This document shows positions 12,158-22,421 of a stretch of 64,000 bases of DNA, piece by piece; positions within the stretch are counted from its first letter, which is position 1, and each line of letters begins with the position of its first letter. A program made the translations under genes and the position numbers. The notes beneath the pieces are model-generated. The model was not told the DNA's origin, did not search any database, and worked only from the letters and a program-made list of their open reading frames with translations. Source of the DNA: a virus (Duplodnaviria > Caudoviricetes); IMG/VR virus record IMGVR_UViG_3300001487_000119, positions 128,001 to 192,000 of that record; one strand, 5' to 3'.

Positions 12158-13306
12158 TTAATATTTTTTGCCATCTATACCTATTGACATTGATGTTCGC
12201 AAATCTTGTTCCATAATAGAACAGCTAAATATATGAGACAATTGAACATGTAATTCAATATTATCTTCATTAACTTTTACATTAAATGTAAAATATCCAG
12301 TACCAACACTAAGTTTTCCTCTATTAACCAAATTATCATAAAGTCCGACATAATTTTCCTCAATTTCTTTACGCATTGAACTAATGGTATCAATAGCATA
12401 TTCAGACATTGTATGATCTTCTCTAATTGAATAAACTCCATTATTCTCAAAAACCTCATTAGTCTTTTTAGTATATGCCTCATAGTCAGCTAATAGTCGA
12501 TTATCTGTTTCAGCCATCTTAAAAAGTTGAGAAACTTTATCAACACTAAGTTTTCCTGGAATTGTATAAATAGCATCAACAAAAATTGCTTCTACAGAAA
12601 AATCAGCACCACCGTGTTCAGTATTAATATCCAAACAAAAATGTTCAGAATACAAAGTAAAGAATCCGGGTGTAACAGTACCATCTCCTATAGTATTTTC
12701 ATCCATAAAATTTGTATACAACTCCCAAAGTTCATCTTGCAAAGCACCTTCAGAAGTATGATCACCCATTTCATTAAATATGCATGCAAGCTCTTCAAAT
12801 GGATACTTCTCCATAAGAATATTCATATACTCGTCACAATGATCTTCTTGAGAAACATCGAGAAAATCTTTGGCAGCTTTATTCCAATCCTCAAAAGATT
12901 TTGTTCTGTCAAATAAACGTATATCAATATTAAATTGTGGCATATGATATTGGTCATACTTAGGATATCCAAGATATTTGGCATTCATTGGAATATATGA
13001 ATTGTTATATATAATAAGAATATGCCAAATATGTGCTTCAATACCGTCTGCCCAACGAACAACATTATCTACATCTTTTAACAAATGCTGATATTCATCT
13101 GCATAATTAGGCATATCTGCAAGAGAATTAACCCACTCGAGATAATCTTGTCGCATTATTTTCCATACTTTTTCCGGAGTATTAATAGATTTATAGGAAT
13201 GACCGTCCATTTGCATGAAACGCTGCATATCCTTAACTACATCGTCAGTATGACGATAAAAATTCTTTGCATACAGAACTACATTTTTAATGTGTGATGT
13301 TTTCAT
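12158..13306 (-). CDS. Hypothetical early protein, 382 aa
   Basis: Long ORF directly downstream of an early promoter repeat. Confidence 0.75.
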   Translation of the reverse strand: MKTSHIKNVVLYAKNFYRHTDDVVKDMQRFMQMDGHSYKSINTPEKVWKIMRQDYLEWVNSLADMPNYADEYQHLLKDVDNVVRWADGIEAHIWHILIIYNNSYIPMNAKYLGYPKYDQYHMPQFNIDIRLFDRTKSFEDWNKAAKDFLDVSQEDHCDEYMNILMEKYPFEELACIFNEMGDHTSEGALQDELWELYTNFMDENTIGDGTVTPGFFTLYSEHFCLDINTEHGGADFSVEAIFVDAIYTIPGKLSVDKVSQLFKMAETDNRLLADYEAYTKKTNEVFENNGVYSIREDHTMSEYAIDTISSMRKEIEENYVGLYDNLVNRGKLSVGTGYFTFNVKVNEDNIELHVQLSHIFSCSIMEQDLRTSMSIGIDGKKY

Positions 13307-13331
13307 ATTCGTATATTATTTTTAATTACAA

Positions 13332-13371
13332 TGCAAAATTAATACTTTTTTCTTAAATTAAAAAATAGAAG
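13332..13371 (-). promoter_or_regulatory. Early promoter repeat (copy 2)
   Basis: CTTCTATTTTTTAATTTAAGAAAAAAGTATTAATTTTGCA on the minus strand. Confidence 0.8.
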
Positions 13372-13372
13372 C

Positions 13373-13993
13373 TTAATAATGTAAAACATTTATTACTTCA
13401 AAATTTAAAAGTTTTGCGCACATTGGCAGCAAATCTTTTTCAATATCCATTGATTGACGATCAAAATATGGTAGTTCGATTCCGAATTTTTTCTTAAAAC
13501 TCCAATAAAAATCATCATTTTCCTGATTATAAACTGGAATATATTTTTTCATATGGCATAATGTATACTTATGAATATACTTAGCCATGAAATCTTTAGA
13601 GAATTTATCCGAATTTATATAATCTGGATTGTCAACGCGTTTAACAAATTCAATATTTCTAACATAATAAATATCATCTTGTTTTGTCCGATGCGTTTGA
13701 TTTAATAAATCAAATTTTTGTGTACAATTTTCATCAACATAATATGGCCCATATGCTCTGCTACCAATATAATCATTGATACACTTTTCATTTAGTTTTC
13801 CACAGAAGCAATCATCATAAACAACTATATTATCCCCAACAAATTCATCTTTAAATGTAATACAGCTAGAACCATTAAAACCTTCAAGGCTTACAAAATC
13901 AATTACCTTTCCGGTTTCAAGTGAAATAAAATCAATTGTTGGCTCTCCACATTCTTGTGGTCTATTAATAATTGCTAAAACTTTTTGGTTCAT
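13373..13993 (-). CDS. Hypothetical early protein, 206 aa
   Basis: ORF flanked on both sides by early promoter repeats. Confidence 0.75.
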   Translation of the reverse strand: MNQKVLAIINRPQECGEPTIDFISLETGKVIDFVSLEGFNGSSCITFKDEFVGDNIVVYDDCFCGKLNEKCINDYIGSRAYGPYYVDENCTQKFDLLNQTHRTKQDDIYYVRNIEFVKRVDNPDYINSDKFSKDFMAKYIHKYTLCHMKKYIPVYNQENDDFYWSFKKKFGIELPYFDRQSMDIEKDLLPMCAKLLNFEVINVLHY

Positions 13994-14017
13994 ATATTAA
14001 TTTATTTTTAATTATAA

Positions 14018-14057
14018 TGCAAAAATAATACTTTTTTCGTAAATTAAAAAATAGAAG
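14018..14057 (-). promoter_or_regulatory. Early promoter repeat (copy 3)
   Basis: 40-bp match to the repeat consensus. Confidence 0.8.
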
Positions 14058-14081
14058 CTAATTTTTTAGCTCCTATTAAAA

Positions 14082-14954
14082 TTAAATATCTCCTGCAATA
14101 TCACTATAACAACTATCACATAACCATTCATAATGAGATTCATTACATATATCCCAATAATATGGATTACGAACATACGATGCACCTTCTCGCCCACATC
14201 TACTACAATGCCCTGGTGTATGTTTCAATCTTTCTAGTTCTTCTTCATATTGCCGTTTACGTTCTTCCTCTTCAGCGTGTTTTCTCAATATTTCAGCTTT
14301 TTCCTCATCTGAATAATCATATGGATCAGAAGCCCTAAATACACCAAGATCTATACGTTTAATACATTTTCCATGAGGATCCACATTAGACCAATCAAAT
14401 TCAGGAAATACACGTTCAATTGTTGATTGTCCACAAAATAGTAATTTTGATTTGTCTTTTACGTTCCAATATTTATATTCATATGATCCTTTATTTTCCC
14501 TAAAAATTAAATGGTTAGCCCAAATTTTTGCATGCTTAGTAAATATTTTTGAGGACTTTGTTTTCAATACAGGTTTATCTTCACCAAAATAAAGTACTAA
14601 ATCATTATCTTGTGTAAAACATAACCACGGATCTACATTCTCAATGTAAATAGGTCCATTAAGATTATGAATGTCATAACCGAAAAACTCATAAACTTCT
14701 TCAGGTGTAGTGTGGTAATCCCAAATATGTTTAATTTCCCATTGGTCTGCAGGTTTCTCCCTAAAATGCAAAAGCATAACATCATGAAGTTCTCTCATAT
14801 ATCCTTCACGTTGTTCCTCAACCATATCAAAACCATCATCAACATACCCATGTTGAAGCGTCCATATTTGCCTTGGAACTTTTTTCAATGAATTTCGATG
14901 AAAAACCAAACAATGTGGCTGAAATGATAATTCATTTAATACTATTGTTGCCAT
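14082..14954 (-). CDS. Hypothetical protein with C-terminal C4 zinc finger
   Basis: CSRC...NPY...LCDSC after a charged helix. Confidence 0.7.
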   Translation of the reverse strand: MATIVLNELSFQPHCLVFHRNSLKKVPRQIWTLQHGYVDDGFDMVEEQREGYMRELHDVMLLHFREKPADQWEIKHIWDYHTTPEEVYEFFGYDIHNLNGPIYIENVDPWLCFTQDNDLVLYFGEDKPVLKTKSSKIFTKHAKIWANHLIFRENKGSYEYKYWNVKDKSKLLFCGQSTIERVFPEFDWSNVDPHGKCIKRIDLGVFRASDPYDYSDEEKAEILRKHAEEEERKRQYEEELERLKHTPGHCSRCGREGASYVRNPYYWDICNESHYEWLCDSCYSDIAGDI

Positions 14955-14955
14955 G

Positions 14956-15222
14956 TTACAAGTTGCTTTCTAATTTCTTAATTAGTTTTTCAGATTTTTT
15001 TATTTTTCTTTTTTCTTCGGCAATCATTTGCTTTAATGTTAAAAAATAAAGCGGAGCTTCACAACTAAATTCTTTACTGAATTTTTTGCATTGATTTCTT
15101 AATGCACATATCTCAAAACAACATGGTTGCCCTTCTTTCCATTGCTTAGTATAATATTTCTTACCATTATATTCAATAATGTCTCCTACTTGAGGATATT
15201 TTTTACAATTTGCTATTACCAT
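14956..15222 (-). CDS. Small Cys-rich hypothetical protein
   Basis: 88 aa, CCFEICALRNQC, tight operon spacing. Confidence 0.65.
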   Translation of the reverse strand: MVIANCKKYPQVGDIIEYNGKKYYTKQWKEGQPCCFEICALRNQCKKFSKEFSCEAPLYFLTLKQMIAEEKRKIKKSEKLIKKLESNL

Positions 15223-15232
15223 ATTAAATATT

Positions 15233-15982
15233 TTAATTAAATTTGATTGTATCAGACATTTTCATTTTAAATAAATTTATTTCATGCATTTTGGCAATTG
15301 TATTATCTGCAACTTCATCGCCAGATGTTCCTTCACGAATATATTTGTCAAGCTTTTCATAATTGAATCCCATTTTTTCAAATTTCTCATCATCAGCACA
15401 ACTATGCGGAAGTCCGTCATCAGGAACTTTGTAAACCCATTTCTTTGGAATTCCAAGTACATCACCAATTTGATACAACTCATGAACAGTCAACTCTGCA
15501 ACAGGCTCAAAATCTGAAGCACCATCACCATACTTTGTAAAATAACCAATATAATTTTCACTTGCATTGCATGTACCGATAACTCTACCATTCATTGTTT
15601 GTGAAATCGCATATAAAACAAGCATACGCATACGTGGCGGAATATTTTGTTCTGCCTGCTTACTCATTTGCACACCAAATACATTATTGGTTTGTGCATA
15701 TACACCTGTTGTGAGTTGACCAATATTTACTGTTCCATAATGAATTCCCAACCATTCTGCAATTTGATTAGCCTCATTTATACCTTGTTTACTATCAGGA
15801 ATCCCAACTCCATATACTCTATTCGGTCCAAGTGCTTCAGCACACAATGCCGCAACAATTGTACTATCTTTACCGCCAGACAAACCAATTACTGCATTAC
15901 ACCCCTTACCATTTTTATCAAACCAATCACGAATACCCTGTACCAATTGATCTTTTACTTTAACTGCATCAAATTTTTTCAT
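15233..15982 (-). CDS. nadE: NH3-dependent NAD+ synthetase
   Basis: GLSGGKDS PP-loop, NIPPRMRM, GTCNASE, GYFTKYGDG. Confidence 0.92.
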   Translation of the reverse strand: MKKFDAVKVKDQLVQGIRDWFDKNGKGCNAVIGLSGGKDSTIVAALCAEALGPNRVYGVGIPDSKQGINEANQIAEWLGIHYGTVNIGQLTTGVYAQTNNVFGVQMSKQAEQNIPPRMRMLVLYAISQTMNGRVIGTCNASENYIGYFTKYGDGASDFEPVAELTVHELYQIGDVLGIPKKWVYKVPDDGLPHSCADDEKFEKMGFNYEKLDKYIREGTSGDEVADNTIAKMHEINLFKMKMSDTIKFN

Positions 15983-16032
15983 ATTATCTACAAATTTTAA
16001 TTGTTAATTCTACTTTAGTTGGTTCTGTATCT

Positions 16033-16485
16033 TCACTCATCATATCCTGGACATTCGCCACAATCATAACATTCGCCACAATCACAATCATCACATAAAC
16101 ATTTAATATTTTTCGCTTCAAAATTTTTTTCAAAGTTTTCGAATAACTTACTTATGTTTTCTTTAGCCACTGGATTTGATGAATGAACATACCATTGTGG
16201 TAATTCTGTATTGTTATCCATACAATATTTAACAAGCCATTTTGCACAATCATATCCTTCACCGTTTCCAAGGCCTAAATCATTATCAAAACTAATAAGA
16301 TCTGGCAAACCATTTTCTTTGATATAATTTTTAAACTCTGTTTGTGTTTTTGCCCAAAATATTCCACAAGGTTCATTCTCATCAAAAATGAAAAAATATT
16401 CTTTTTTGAGATATTGAATCACCAGTTTCCATTCTGCCTTATTAAATGGATTTCTTATATCATCTAACCAAAGTATTGTTTTCAT
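16033..16485 (-). CDS. Cyclic-phosphate-processing receiver-domain protein with Cys-rich tail
   Basis: LWLDDIRNP, ISFDNDLG, GYDCAKWL, VHSSNP motifs. Confidence 0.8.
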   Translation of the reverse strand: MKTILWLDDIRNPFNKAEWKLVIQYLKKEYFFIFDENEPCGIFWAKTQTEFKNYIKENGLPDLISFDNDLGLGNGEGYDCAKWLVKYCMDNNTELPQWYVHSSNPVAKENISKLFENFEKNFEAKNIKCLCDDCDCGECYDCGECPGYDE

Positions 16486-16508
16486 AATATTTTATAAAAA
16501 TTTACAAT

Positions 16509-16718
16509 TTAATCTACGATTATCCAATCATTTGCTCTTACATCACTAAGAGAAAAATCTTCACCAAGATGTAATAATTTAATTCCATCCTCTCCTTTAA
16601 CCATTAGTCTAGTAGTATATCCATAGGTAGTTTCCATCCAAAGAAAAGGGCCCCAAGATACTCTGCGAATTTTCTTTCCATTAAGAAAATCAGGCAAAAT
16701 TTCAAATAAAGTTTTCAT
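16509..16718 (-). CDS. DUF2829/Tad2-like small protein
   Basis: GKKIRRVSW...SDVRANDWIIV matches the GKKVxRxxW...DxLAxDWxxV family pattern. Confidence 0.55.
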   Translation of the reverse strand: MKTLFEILPDFLNGKKIRRVSWGPFLWMETTYGYTTRLMVKGEDGIKLLHLGEDFSLSDVRANDWIIVD

Positions 16719-16725
16719 AATATTA

Positions 16726-17286
16726 TTATAAAATTTTTAAATCTTCAATCAACTTAACAGGAACACTCAACATAAAATTAGTTTCATTTGGATCAACAAG
16801 GTGCTCAATAAAATTTGGCAATTCTTTTTTATATTGTTTTGCCATAGAAGTTTTATTCTCTGTTGCATATCGAGTATTTGCCAACCGATCACAAAATTTT
16901 ACAAATGCTGCAAATGGCGTAGCTTTAATTCCTGCATAGTATTTGTCATTTGCACGTTCTGCTCGATTTCTGCCTTTTTCATTAGTAAGTGCATATACGA
17001 TTTCCGTAGCCATAATTGCATGTTCATCATTATCAAAAAATCGTTTAGCTTCTTTTAAAACATCATTATATGTAAGGCGGGCATCCTCAATAGTATCATG
17101 AAAACATGCGCCAAATGCAATAATGTATTTATACTTTTCAAATTCAGGAAAGCATTTTCCATATTCCATTGCATTTTCTAATACAGCTTTAAGATGAAAA
17201 ATATAAGGTTTGCCATCAAAAAACTGATTTACTTCAGCATGAATAGCTCCTGCGGTGTTAAGCATTGTTCTAATGTAATCTTCCAT
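16726..17286 (-). CDS. RelA/SpoT-type HD-domain hydrolase (Mesh1/small alarmone hydrolase-like)
   Basis: H...PYIFHL...FHDTIED...VYALT...VKFCDRLAN. Confidence 0.85.
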   Translation of the reverse strand: MEDYIRTMLNTAGAIHAEVNQFFDGKPYIFHLKAVLENAMEYGKCFPEFEKYKYIIAFGACFHDTIEDARLTYNDVLKEAKRFFDNDEHAIMATEIVYALTNEKGRNRAERANDKYYAGIKATPFAAFVKFCDRLANTRYATENKTSMAKQYKKELPNFIEHLVDPNETNFMLSVPVKLIEDLKIL

Positions 17287-17312
17287 AATTAATATATTTT
17301 TTTAAATGTTGG

Positions 17313-17352
17313 TGCAAAATTAACGCTTTTTTCTTAAATTAAAAAATAGAAG
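17313..17352 (-). promoter_or_regulatory. Early promoter repeat (copy 4), with a partial duplicate of its upstream box at 17353-17371
   Basis: 40-bp consensus match plus a second AAAAATAGAAGTT. Confidence 0.8.
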
Positions 17353-17369
17353 TTAAATAAAAATAGAAG

Positions 17370-17607
17370 TTAAATACTATATCTCCACCATGTTACATAT
17401 TCAATTTCATTTCCATTTATCACAGAATAAAATTTTCCATTTTTAAAAATTGCAGGTGAAATTGGTTTCATACCCATACCAAATGAATAATATACCCCTG
17501 AATTTTCAGCAGGTTTTTCTTTTTATCGAATGTCATTTATAAAGTGTATAGCCTTTTGGCAAGCACCATTTATTAATAAATGCTAAAATTTTTCTTTCAT
17601 TTATCAT
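17370..17607 (-). pseudogene. Disrupted small gene, DUF551-like
   Basis: MINERKILAFINKWCLPKGYTLYK-TGA-HSIK, then one extra A in an A-run restores EKPAENSGVYY...EIEYVTWWRYSI-TAA. Confidence 0.5.
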
Positions 17608-17635
17608 AAACTAATCTTATTTTTTACTATATAAA
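17608..17635 (+). promoter_or_regulatory. Putative middle promoter AAACT-N17-TATAAA
   Basis: Motif upstream of the ligase gene. Confidence 0.5.
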
Positions 17636-17667
17636 TAATATATAAAAATCTTAAAAAGTTTACAAAA

Positions 17668-19761
17668 ATGATGGTATTTGAAGGAAAATTTGATGGCATG
17701 ACACGTGCTGAAAAAATTGAATTGTTAAATAAAGCTAAAGATGCTTATTATAATTCAGGTGAAGAAATTATGTCTGATGCAGAATATGATGAATTAGAAA
17801 GATCAGTAGGTCTTGAGAATAAATCATATATTGGTTCTGCTAAAGGAAACTATTCTGTTAAACATGCTTTTATTATGGGATCTATACAAAAAACCCAAAT
17901 AAAGGAACAACGTGATGGAACAGTTAATTGGAATACTGCTGCTGAAGATATTACTTCAGCATTCAGAAAAGCCAATAATTGTCAATATATTGAAGCTACA
18001 CCAAAACTTGATGGTTGCAGTTTTAGTCTTGAATTTGTTAATATTAATAATAAAGCATGTTTGCAGACATGTGCTACACGTGGTAATGGACAATGGGGAA
18101 CTGATATTAAGCATTGGTTTGAACCACTATTAGAAACAGAATATTGGGCCGCAATAGATGATGCCGTTCGACATTTTTGTGAAAATAATTCAGATGATAT
18201 ATTCTGTATCAGAGGTGAAGTTCTTATTCCAGAAAATAAATTTACAGAAGAATATTCAGAAACATATACAAATCCGCGTAGTTTAGTTGCCGGTGTTCTT
18301 GGATTAAAATTTGAAGATGTCACTCCAGAAAAATTAAAAGTTGGTCGTGATCTTCATTTTGTATGTTATGATTATCGAGTTTTCAGTAATGGAGAATATG
18401 AAGAAATTGATTGGATGAATCCTAATGAAGAATCATATCAAGAAGTTAAACCATATTTGAATCATATTGGAGAACTTCCAGATTTTACTAAACTTTATGA
18501 ATTTAATGGCAGAGTAGACGAAGATTTTGTTATATCTCTTTATAATGAATTTGATGAATATAGACATAATTCTCCATATGCTCTTGATGGTGTTGTTCTA
18601 AAACCGGAAGTCTCGGCTCGTCAGTATAATGAAAATAGAAATCGACCGGTAGATTGTATTGCTATTAAATTTATGCCAATGATTAATGCTACTGAGATTA
18701 TTGATATTTCTTGGAGAGTTGGAAAAACCGGAGAATATTTTCCGACTGCCATTGTTGCTCCGATTACAATGCCAGATGGAAAAAAGATTAATCGTGCATC
18801 ACTGCATAATTATGGATGGATTATTAATAATGAATGCGGAATTGGTTCTAAAGTTCGTATTTCTCTTGCAGGCGATATTATTCCGTTTGTTTATGAAATT
18901 GTTGAACATTCATCCCCAGAAGGAAATATGAATCTTCCAGAAAATACACATGTTGAAAGAGATGCTAATTCTGGTGCACTTCATCTTATGAAAGAATTTA
19001 AAGAGAATGAAGAAGAAGAAAATCAATTCTTAAATTCTGCTCTAACATTAAATATTAATACTATAGGTCCTGCAGCTGCTAAAGACATCTATGAAGCTTG
19101 TAGAGAAGCTTTTAGCCCATTGACTAATATTTTATATGTTATGAATGAAGAAGGTTACAGGATGATTTATGATGCCTTAGGTGATGGAAAATCTATTCAA
19201 AATTATGTGGAAAATATGCGTAATTTTGTCAGATACATTACATTGACAGATATTATTAAATCATTTAATTTCAAATCATGCGGAACCAAAGCTTCTGAAG
19301 TTTGTGCAAAGATTTTACTCGGTCAACAATATTCAACTAGCTCGCTTCCTGCTGAATCATATCAGTGGGCATTGAATTCAAGTAGCAAACAATATTATAT
19401 GGTTATTAAAGCTATTGAAATGCTTGATATGAGTTTAGAAGATTTTCAATCACAAGAAACTAAAGATGATTTTGAAGGTGAAAAACAAAAAATTATTATG
19501 ACAGGTTCTCCAGAAGAATTCGGTTATAAAACAAAAGCAGTTTTCTTGCAACAACATCCTGAACTGGAGGAGACAACTAAATTTACAGAATGTGATATTC
19601 TTGTCTGTGATGATTTGGAATCAAATAGTGGTAAAATGCAAAAAGCAAAGAAACTCGGAATTCCAATTAAAACATATGGAGAATTTGGAGGAAGTAATTT
19701 ACAAGTTCAACAAAAAGAAAATAAGCAAGAATTTGATTTTAATTCTGAATCATTGTTTTAA
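17668..19761 (+). CDS. ligA: NAD+-dependent DNA ligase with C-terminal BRCT domain
   Basis: YY...MSDAEYD (domain Ia), KLDG, TRGNG, RGEV, DGVVLK, IAIKF, ASLHN, AGDIIP; BRCT SGKMQKAKKLGIPI. Confidence 0.93.
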   Translation: MMVFEGKFDGMTRAEKIELLNKAKDAYYNSGEEIMSDAEYDELERSVGLENKSYIGSAKGNYSVKHAFIMGSIQKTQIKEQRDGTVNWNTAAEDITSAFRKANNCQYIEATPKLDGCSFSLEFVNINNKACLQTCATRGNGQWGTDIKHWFEPLLETEYWAAIDDAVRHFCENNSDDIFCIRGEVLIPENKFTEEYSETYTNPRSLVAGVLGLKFEDVTPEKLKVGRDLHFVCYDYRVFSNGEYEEIDWMNPNEESYQEVKPYLNHIGELPDFTKLYEFNGRVDEDFVISLYNEFDEYRHNSPYALDGVVLKPEVSARQYNENRNRPVDCIAIKFMPMINATEIIDISWRVGKTGEYFPTAIVAPITMPDGKKINRASLHNYGWIINNECGIGSKVRISLAGDIIPFVYEIVEHSSPEGNMNLPENTHVERDANSGALHLMKEFKENEEEENQFLNSALTLNINTIGPAAAKDIYEACREAFSPLTNILYVMNEEGYRMIYDALGDGKSIQNYVENMRNFVRYITLTDIIKSFNFKSCGTKASEVCAKILLGQQYSTSSLPAESYQWALNSSSKQYYMVIKAIEMLDMSLEDFQSQETKDDFEGEKQKIIMTGSPEEFGYKTKAVFLQQHPELEETTKFTECDILVCDDLESNSGKMQKAKKLGIPIKTYGEFGGSNLQVQQKENKQEFDFNSESLF

Positions 19762-19766
19762 AATTA

Positions 19767-19794
19767 AAAGAGGAATCAATTAAGGTTCCTCTTT
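19767..19794. terminator. Bidirectional terminator
   Basis: AAAGAGGAAT...GTTCCTCTTT between convergent genes. Confidence 0.6.
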
Positions 19795-20647
19795 ATTTTT
19801 GTTTATATACTGGACGTAATGGTAATCCGTAAAATCTATGATCATCATTACTAATTTCACATTTTCCCCAACCTGCATCAAATTCATGCTATCTGCCTTC
19901 TATCGATGATGCACGGCCTGTATTAAATCCTCCAAAAGTTGAAGTCCATAAATGAACTTCAAATCCAATACAGCTTTCACCATTTGGATTCCAATTTGTG
20001 TTTGCACACCTTAATCCAGCACACGGAACAAACATTGTTTTAGAATTATCATTTATGCTAGTAAATAAAACACCATTTAAATCTTTAATTTTGCAATAAT
20101 TTCTTTTATATTCTTGTGTAGTATATTTAAATAATTCTTTAAAATCGTCTGTAGTTGGAATATAATAATTTTGTCCTAATTTTACATGAGCTGCATCATC
20201 TTCAGGTTCAAGTTGAGTTAAATTATCTGTATATCCATTATATCCATCTAAATTAAAGTTACAATATTTAGTATATTTCATTATTACTTTTTCTGTTGGT
20301 TTATATTGATTAATATATGTTACCTATGCAAATTTATATTTAGACATACTATAATTATCCTTTGTTTCTGTTTCTCCCCATGCATAATAATTACCAAACC
20401 ATTCATGAGGCCAAGTTGCAGATTCTGTAGGATTAGACGCACCAAGATTGCATTTATACCATAAATTACCAGATGGAAGATTAAAGTCTACAGTATCTCT
20501 CAATAAATCAATATATTCTTTAGTTCCATGCACATGACTGACTTTACTGTTGGTTTGACCTTGAATCTCTTCTTGATCATCAAAGTCATCTAATGCAAAT
20601 TTAATTCCTCTGTTTACCGCTTCTAATATTTTATTATAGTTTTTCAT
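19793..20647 (-). CDS. Leader + FISUMP/DUF1566-like C-type-lectin-fold protein, paralogue 1 (TAG-recoded)
   Basis: VDFNLPSGNLW, GNYYAWGE, DDAA, PT, FVPCAG, LWTS and C-terminal GLPLRPV. Confidence 0.75.
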
Positions 20648-20654
20648 AATTACT

Positions 20655-21563
20655 TTATAAATTTATTACTGGACGAATTTTAAAACCTGAATTTCGTTCT
20701 CCGTCAGAATCTATATCAAAATCCCAACTATATATATTTAAATAATATGCATTTGCATTATCTTCTGTATTTAATGTTGATGACCAATAATATCCAAACT
20801 ATTCAGCAACAACTTTACCATCAGTATCTTTCCATCCGGTATATGGAAAAAATAATTCTTCACCATTTATTTTACTTGTAAATACACCACCAGCTAAAAA
20901 GTTAATACCTTTATAATTTGGTATTGCTTTATATGTTGTATACTTTTTTAATTCTTCAAACTATTCTTTAGTCGGAATATGAAATTTATAATTATATAGT
21001 TTTTTATTCTAGTAAGCTGCATCATCTTTTTCTTGTAATTCAGTTAAATTATCTACCTATGTTAATATTTCATTATCATCATTAAATGGATTACATGTAA
21101 ATTCTTCTGATGTTACATATTTTGTTAATTCACCCGTGCGTCCGCTTCTATTTCCAAATTTATATGATTCTTTATCATATTCAGATTTATTAGGTTCTAT
21201 TTCACCCCATGCATAAAAATCACCATACCATAATTCAGGTGAACCTGCATATAATGAAATATTTTTTGAATCAATTGTTTTTAAATATTTTCCATGATTT
21301 TGCATTTTTATAGATTGCTTCTATTTAAAAAACTATTCAATCTTTTTTGCGTCACAACCCAAATTATACTTGCACCATAAAGTACCGGAAGGAAGACCTA
21401 AATCAACTACTTCTTCCATTAAATCTAAATATTCTTTAGTTCCTCCTTGATATTTAACTTTACTATTAGTTTGCCCTTGAATATCATCTTGATCTTCAAA
21501 GTCATCTAAAGCAAATTTAATTCCTCTATTAATTGCTTCTAATATTTGTTTATAATTTTTCAT
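20655..21563 (-). CDS. Leader + FISUMP/DUF1566-like protein, paralogue 2 (TAG-recoded)
   Basis: VDLGLPSGTLWCKYNLG, YGDFYAWGE, PTKE(TAG)FEEL, YWSS, GFKIRPV. Confidence 0.75.
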
Positions 21564-21565
21564 AA

Positions 21566-22414
21566 TTATTTTATATTATCTACTACACCTCTTATTGTTC
21601 TTCCAAAACGTCTTTCTAATGCTTTAATTTCAATATCTATATTATTATGTATATATATACCAGATACTATTAATGCTTTTCTTACATTTGTAGCAAGTCC
21701 CGGTTCATTACTTACTATATTAAATACCATATTTTTTCCATTTAATACAGTTTTTGATCTGGATTTCCAACCGGTAAATGGAAAAAATAATTCTTCATTA
21801 TTAATTTTACTTATAAATAAACAACCATTTAATGATCTGATATTTTTATAATTATTAACATATTTGTATGTAGTATATTGTAATAATTCTTGAATTTGTT
21901 TAATTGTCGGTATATGTTGTTCATAATACTAATCATTTAAATTATTTATATAAGCCGCATCATCCTATAAATCTAACTATTGTTTATTATCAACAGTTAA
22001 TCCATATTTTTCATAATTACAATATTTTGTCATAAATGGCAATTTCATTTCCCACTAATCCCAATTTAATATTTTTTTGCGTTTTGCATCATTTTCTGTC
22101 CATTTATAATTACTCCAATCATATATGTCTTTTATATCAGTTTCACCCCAGGCAAAATAGCATCCATACCAGTTTTTATACCAATTTAAATGATCAGTAT
22201 CAACACCGACATTATATTTACACCATAATGTTCCAGATGGAAGTTCTAAATCAACTAATTCTTTTTGAAGAATCAGCCATTCTTTAGTTCCGCCTTTATA
22301 CTTAACTTTACTATTGGTTTGACCTTGAATATCATCCTGATCTTCAAAATCATCTAATGCAAATTTAATACCTCTATTAACTGCTTCTAATAATATTTGT
22401 TTATATTTTTTCAT
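21566..22414 (-). CDS. Leader + FISUMP/DUF1566-like protein, paralogue 3 (TAG-recoded)
   Basis: VDLELPSGTLW, YGCYFAWGE, FFPFTG, GRTIRGV. Confidence 0.75.
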
Positions 22415-22421
22415 AATTAAT

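Noticed and set aside
12277-13297. Antisense and alternate-frame ORFs in the track (also 14667, 15284, 43627, 47505 and others)
   Set aside because: Shadow ORFs inside well-supported genes, with no motifs or promoters.
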